From the NCBI GenBank assembly GCA_020891255.1, contig BQFW01000001.1, positions 868,001 through 932,000 of the forward strand: a stretch of 64,000 nt of DNA, given 5' to 3'. Of this stretch, positions 57,312-64,000 are shown in pieces. The DNA is from Entomortierella parvispora E1425 (Eukaryota > Fungi > Mortierellomycota). The notes under the pieces are model-generated. The model made no database searches, was not told the origin of the DNA, and saw nothing but the letters and a program-made list of their open reading frames with translations. The position numbers were made by a program, and so were the translations under genes. Every line of letters begins with the position of its first letter. Positions within the stretch are counted from its first letter, which is position 1.

Positions 57312-59273
57312 ATGGACTTTTCTTTTCAGAGACAGCACAAAAAACGCTCATCCTCTACCTTCACCTCGCACTCGCGCATGCCTTTGGACCATCATTTGCA
57401 AGGGTTGGACAAGGACAGCAGCAGTAGCAGTAGTAGTCCTCATGCTGGGAGTAGCCCTGACCTTCACATGGGCGTCGGGCACCAATATCAGGTGGCGGCA
57501 CAACAGCGGTCTCCAGTCAAGAGCCGACCGAAGGGTTCTAAGCCTTGGTCCAAGTCCGAGCAAGAGTCGCTCTATATTGCGGTGGAGAGGCTTGGGCTCT
57601 TTGGCCAATGGGAGCTAGTTCAACAGCGAATGAACTTGGACAGAAGCCCCACAGAGATCCAAAACGAATACACCCGGATCTATGCCGAGCTCCCCAACAC
57701 AGATGATGAGGAAGATGCAGATTCAGATGCAGACTTTCAAGACGAGCGACCAGAGGACCAAAGCCAAGAAGAGAGGAATCTAGAACTCGAGCTCGAATGG
57801 CGACTTGCTCAGAGGCTAGATGGTAGCAGCATCAGCAGTAGCAGTAACGGAGCTAGGACGAGGGAGATTGAATGCAGCACTGCCTCCGCAGCGCGCTCTT
57901 TAGCCACACCGGCGCTTACGGCAACATCTTCTACACCGAGCGCTCGATCTTCACAGGATAATATTGCCCAGCTCTACGACCAGTCCAAAAGACCCGAGCG
58001 CTTTGTTTTTCCCGGAGTGACGAGAAAGATCACACCAGAAGAGGACGAGGATGTTGAAGAGGAAGAAGATGAGGAAGAGCAGGAACAGGAGGAAGACGAT
58101 CAAGTTAGCAAAAAGGATGAGAAATTGCATGTTTTGCCTACAATTTCCTCCGCCTCGATATCTACTGAGACCCGGCCTCCTCGTATGATCCGTGTGTGGA
58201 CGCCAGAACAATCAGAAAACCTCAAGAACTTGATCGAGGTGTCCTTCCCTGGATCATATCGTATCAACTGGGTTTGGGTAGCTGCCCAGATGGGGAACGC
58301 GTTCACAAGGAAACAATGCAAGAACAAATGGGAGATAATGAGACGCAGGATGGGTACAGAGGACGAGATTCAGCTTTTGAAGCGTGGCTATCAAGAGTTT
58401 GGACCCTCTTGGGGACAAATACAGGAAAAGTATCTACCAGAGCGATCACGCGGAGGTATCTCTATTATGTGGGATCTCCTAGAGTCGCGTGGGACCGAGC
58501 AACAGGGTCACCATGGATCAAAGCATCTTAGTCATAGACGAGGGGTGTCTATGTCTTCCACTACTGCTCCATACCCTAGACCGAGTTTACATTCAAGCAC
58601 TCAAGAGCAATGCCAGGACACATTTCGCCGAACACGGACAGCCACGTCGGATTCCGCAGTGGACCAGGGGAGTCGGCAATTGATGAAAGGCAGGCTGCAA
58701 GCCACAATCGGCCGCCACCGCGCGTCGTCATCCTTGGACATGAGTGACACTCTTAGATTCGGCACCATGACAAGTCGTGAACAAGGCCATCATCACCCCA
58801 TTGGTCCAGGCGGAGTCTCTGAAACTACAGTGACTGGTGCACGTAGTTTGTCTCGTCCTCCTGTCCATGTCCATAAGCGACACGGATCCGAGACGTGGAT
58901 TGACAGAAGTCTGCCCATGACATGGACAGAGCCTCTCTCGAAACAGCTGGAGGAGCTTGTCCAGCGCCACTTCCCTCATCCTCAAAAGGTTAACTGGGCA
59001 AAAATCTCAGCTCTCATGGGAACAAATCCCATCGTGTCTCGAGAACAATGCAAGCGGCGGTGGTACCTGATATCGCAAAGTCACCAGCAATCGCATCTTA
59101 GTGCACACTTACCATATACCCCACTCCACCAGCAGTTGTCACCGCAACGCCGGCCACTCCATCAGCAGCAGCAACATTCACATCAGACCGGGTTTGTTGG
59201 GCCACGTGGACCATTACAGGCACCAATGCAAAGCCCAGACTGTTATGCGATGGATATCGACGGACATTATTGA
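57312..59273 (+). CDS. Myb/SANT multi-repeat DNA-binding protein, single exon
   Basis: ATG in the context AACCATGG. Repeats: KPWSKSEQESL...W..V..RMNLDRSPTEI; VWTPEQSENL...INWVWVAAQMGNAFTRKQCKNKW; GTEDEIQLLKRGYQEFGPSWGQIQEKYLPERS; TWTEPLSKQL...VNWAKIS...SREQCKRRW. Confidence 0.85.
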   Translation: MDFSFQRQHKKRSSSTFTSHSRMPLDHHLQGLDKDSSSSSSSPHAGSSPDLHMGVGHQYQVAAQQRSPVKSRPKGSKPWSKSEQESLYIAVERLGLFGQWELVQQRMNLDRSPTEIQNEYTRIYAELPNTDDEEDADSDADFQDERPEDQSQEERNLELELEWRLAQRLDGSSISSSSNGARTREIECSTASAARSLATPALTATSSTPSARSSQDNIAQLYDQSKRPERFVFPGVTRKITPEEDEDVEEEEDEEEQEQEEDDQVSKKDEKLHVLPTISSASISTETRPPRMIRVWTPEQSENLKNLIEVSFPGSYRINWVWVAAQMGNAFTRKQCKNKWEIMRRRMGTEDEIQLLKRGYQEFGPSWGQIQEKYLPERSRGGISIMWDLLESRGTEQQGHHGSKHLSHRRGVSMSSTTAPYPRPSLHSSTQEQCQDTFRRTRTATSDSAVDQGSRQLMKGRLQATIGRHRASSSLDMSDTLRFGTMTSREQGHHHPIGPGGVSETTVTGARSLSRPPVHVHKRHGSETWIDRSLPMTWTEPLSKQLEELVQRHFPHPQKVNWAKISALMGTNPIVSREQCKRRWYLISQSHQQSHLSAHLPYTPLHQQLSPQRRPLHQQQQHSHQTGFVGPRGPLQAPMQSPDCYAMDIDGHY

Positions 59274-59681
59274 CCGTTCTGTGGAATGACTCGCGCGTCA
59301 TTGTGGTTCTCATTTGGTCGCGGGGCACTGGCGAAGCAGGGGTGCCGAATCTCTGTGCGACCTAATGACGAAGCAAAATAAACATTCGAAAAGTCAAAAA
59401 GTCAAAAAGTTAATTTCCTGAGACAGACGCGTCATTGTTTTCAGGTGCAGATTTTGCTATCGGTAGTCCCTCAAGAAGGGCTACTTGTTGAATGCCTCGG
59501 TTTGGATCGTATCGATTGTTGCAACGATGTCATCATACGTTGAGCTTCTCTACTTGCACCGCAGAAGCATATTCCCACTTTTAACGCGTATATAACATCG
59601 TCAGTTCGCATCTTTCCCATTTCTTCCCTCAGTCAACTCTTTCAGCCAACTCTCGTAACCACATACACCCGAACAAAAGCA

Positions 59682-60038
59682 ATGTCTCTTTTCTCTCTTA
59701 AGCCCGCCCCTAAGCGAAGCTTCATGAGCCGCCTTTTCTCCAGGTCGCCCGCAACTTCGTCATCCTCTAGCCCTCGCAAATCGTCGTCTTCCTCCTCAAA
59801 AAAGTCTTCCTCGTCAAAAACGTCTTTCTCTTCCTCTGGGAGTCCTTCTTTTATGAGCCGATTCCGCCGTGCGCCTCCTCCCACAACGATGGACAAGATC
59901 CAAGCCAAGATGAGCTCTTCCCCATCAGCTACTCCTGCACAGATCGCGGCCTCTAAGAAAAAATCAAAGAAGCTGAAGGCCAAAAAGAATGTCAACCGCA
60001 AGAAGAAGTCTTCCTCTTCGATCTTTACTCGCCGCTAA
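59682..60038 (+). CDS. Small, extremely basic Ser/Lys/Arg-rich protein (118 aa)
   Basis: ATG in AAAAGCAATG context after a pyrimidine-rich leader, with an A-rich 3' end. The ORF contains a single acidic residue. No recognisable domain. Confidence 0.6.
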   Translation: MSLFSLKPAPKRSFMSRLFSRSPATSSSSSPRKSSSSSSKKSSSSKTSFSSSGSPSFMSRFRRAPPPTTMDKIQAKMSSSPSATPAQIAASKKKSKKLKAKKNVNRKKKSSSSIFTRR

Positions 60039-60197
60039 GCATCGATGGTCTTTCGTCTGTGAGGTTAACGCATATCGCATTACCCCCATACCCCACTCTG
60101 ATCCATTCTCTATATGCTTTGTAAAATAAATGTACAAAAAAGAAAAAAAAATAAGAAAGGAAATGAGACGTTTTATGGCTGGATTATATATAACTCG

Positions 60198-61740
<1,543 letters not shown>

Positions 61741-61995
61741 TAAGAAAGAATCTGCTTTGTTATGAGCAATGAAAATGTCCAAGGGATATTCTGTTCTGAT
61801 TCCTGAGGTCCTTGCTGCGATTATTGAGATGCGACTGCAATGATTGTTCGTGATTGCGCAATTGGAGCGTGAACTTCGAGATTTCCGTCCATCTCTCAAA
61901 AGTTAGAGGACAGTCACGAATTTGCGAGATTTTGCTGTTTCTTTCAAGCTGCGCTGCACATCACCAGACAACCACTACCCAACCACCACCAGACA

Positions 61996-62613
61996 ATGGT
62001 ACGGCACTCTCAGGATTAAGTCAGGGTCAAACAGAAGCCCATCGGCTAGCATAAGCGTGGCATTGCTTAGATTTGGTTGTCTTCAGGTGCTTCAAGGAGA
62101 CCATTGGATTTCATCTCGAGATCAGTCCTTAATCGCCTATTTCTTCGCATTGACAATAATGAATTAGGACCGTGCCAACTTGAACAGCCAGCTCGAGCAT
62201 CTGCAATCAAAATACGTCGGCACTGGGCATGCCGACACCAGCAAATAGTAAGGTCGCCACTCACTACAATTATGGGAATGGGGCCTGGTATCATAGCCTT
62301 ATTACCCTTTTATCGATTTTCGATTTTTTTATTAACCTCCAAACAATCGCCTGCTAGTGAGTGGGGTGTGAATCAGGCTAGGGACACCTATGCATCGTAC
62401 ATTGGACATTACCCCATGATCTCGTATTTTGCCCTTGCAGAGAACGAGAGTATTGCAAGAGTCAAGTTCAATATAACAGAGGTACTTTCGTAACTGGCAA
62501 TCCGCCTTGAACCTCAACGGTAGAACTAAATAAGGAAAACTAACTTATGCTGCAACTCCATTTCTTAGAAAATGCTTCAGCCTTGTGGCCCCCCTCCTGA
62601 GCGTAGAGAATAG
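61996..62613 (+). CDS. SF3B5: Splicing factor 3B subunit 5 (SF3b10/Ysf3)
   Basis: Spliced product M|DRANLNSQLEHLQSKYVGTGHADTSKY|EWGVNQARDTYASYIGHYPMISYFALAENESIARVKFNITE|KMLQPCGPPPERRE*, a strongly conserved family sequence. Confidence 0.9.
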
Positions 62614-62924
62614 AATATCTTGAAGGCGGTCCAGCATTGTATTTTTATAAACTCTCCTCTGACGTTGCATCCGCATACAAGCACAGCTTTCTTGCAGAGT
62701 TACTTCTTTTAGGAAGATCGTGGCCAGGACCGATCGATGTTTTCCCAGTCGTGCCATTCCTCATTATTGAGGTCAAGGGGGTTCAAAACTCTGACTCACA
62801 CTCTATGTGCAGTCTATGTGAGTTTCTTTTTAGTCGAATGCATCTTTCGTATGTCACTAATAAGTCGGTGCGGTCAGTGCGGTCCACGCCATCTCAGTCA
62901 TGACTGTGAAATCCCTTGAAGTTA

Positions 62925-63813
62925 CTAGATCAGGTTTGGTGTCAAAAGCTCTTCGTCCTGGTCTGCCTTTCGTATTGCATTTTTGGTGACACCTCCATGT
63001 TCATCGTGCTTCCTGTCCAAGAGTCTTTGCTGAATGTGGTAATTGTCAACACCACGAGCAAGGTCTACTTTGTACAACAATTGCCACAATCCAGGGGGAG
63101 GGTCAACGTGGGGGAGCTTGATCACGTCCACCAAGGAAAAAGTGGACCAAGAACCACACACTCCCCTTGAAAGCACCAAATGAACTTCTTTGTTGCGATG
63201 GTACGATGGATTGCACTTGGTTGTGTAAGGCCTTATTTGATCGTTACCTTTGTAGGAAGACTTGACAGGGGTGAATGAGAATACAAAAAAAAAAAAAAGA
63301 ACGAGAGAGGGAGCTGGTCCCGCATTGACGGGGAGAGAAGGTCAAGTCAAGGAGGTCATCTGGCCACCGCGGGAAACCTTAGCTGTGCCCAGCATAGAGT
63401 TGTGGAGATGAGATGGGTGCGCATGCATGGTTGCATACGAGACGCTGCTGAACGCCGAAATCTCCGCTCTCTTTTTTTTCTCTTTTTCTGTTGTCCGATA
63501 TGCACTGGGGGTTGTCTACAAGCATAACATCCCATATGTTCTCATCCGTGATTCCGAGACTTGGTTTGAATACTCACCCCTAGCCAGGCACCTTCAGTAC
63601 CTTGTTTGGAGTACTGAACTTTCAAAGTTGTCCGTGTGCGACGGACCTTTTGTTTGTTTTGTGTGTTTGGTTGAATGTCTCTTTAGATCTTCTGTGGCAC
63701 GAGAGAACGGGGGATCTGGATGAGAGACACAACTAAAAGAGGCGACTCACCCTCTTTTTTTGGGCATCCGTCGTCAGGTCAGTTTTTTTATCATCCTTTG
63801 GCATTTTTGGCAT
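62925..63813 (-). CDS. Possible small multi-exon gene, product unknown
   Basis: Candidate first exon MPKMPKDDKKTDLTTDAQKKR followed by donor GTGAGT, and a coding-like last exon (ORF 62925..63179, VDVIKLPHVDPPPGLWQLLYKVDLARGVDNYHIQQRLLD). I could not build a single consistent splice path between them. Confidence 0.3.
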
Positions 63814-64000
63814 GACATGCCAGGTAGAAGAGAAAACAACACAACAAGGAAAAAATGGCGCGTTCTGAGTTGGAAGCAGTAACCTACTCTGTGGTAGCAG
63901 TAAAGAAACACAGAGAGAAAGAGAGCCAGCTTCGTGGTTTTTCGTGTTTTTGGGGGTGGGGCATCCACGATGAATCCAACATTCGATCACCAACTAAAGG

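Noticed and set aside
62925-63179. BUD31 or another known spliceosomal protein as the identity of the last ORF
   Set aside because: Lacks the Cys-rich BUD31 signature. No family could be matched from memory.

Overview
This is eukaryotic, intron-containing fungal DNA. Short GT-AG introns with poly-T tracts and an expanded F-box/LRR family suggest Mucoromycota, Mortierellaceae-like (inference). No CRISPR arrays, rRNA or prokaryotic operons are visible. About 22 protein-coding loci can be reconstructed: two tandem glutathione S-transferases, a peroxisomal enoyl-CoA isomerase, bHLH, bZIP and multi-Myb transcription factors, CFD1, an intronless PI-PLC-like phosphodiesterase, TMEM184, a PAP2 lipid phosphatase, a degenerate microbial-type PARG (TIGR02452-like) with a signal anchor, three F-box/LRR genes (two disrupted), SCP2, a large Sel1-repeat protein, mRNA cap methyltransferase, SF3B5 and several hypotheticals. 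There is also one tRNA-Ser(AGA). Two Mutator-type DNA elements stand out. The first is a 707-bp foldback MITE with a 9-bp target-site duplication, terminal hairpins and shuffled CCRCCGAC modules, lying beside the tRNA. The second is a ~4.4-kb element with an intact 923+ aa MULE/SWIM transposase whose conserved CxxH reads CxxR. It lacks clear TIRs, carries CACGTG arrays at both ends, and appears to have split a bidirectional promoter between the bZIP and Myb genes. All family assignments come from motif recognition by eye; no database searches were run.
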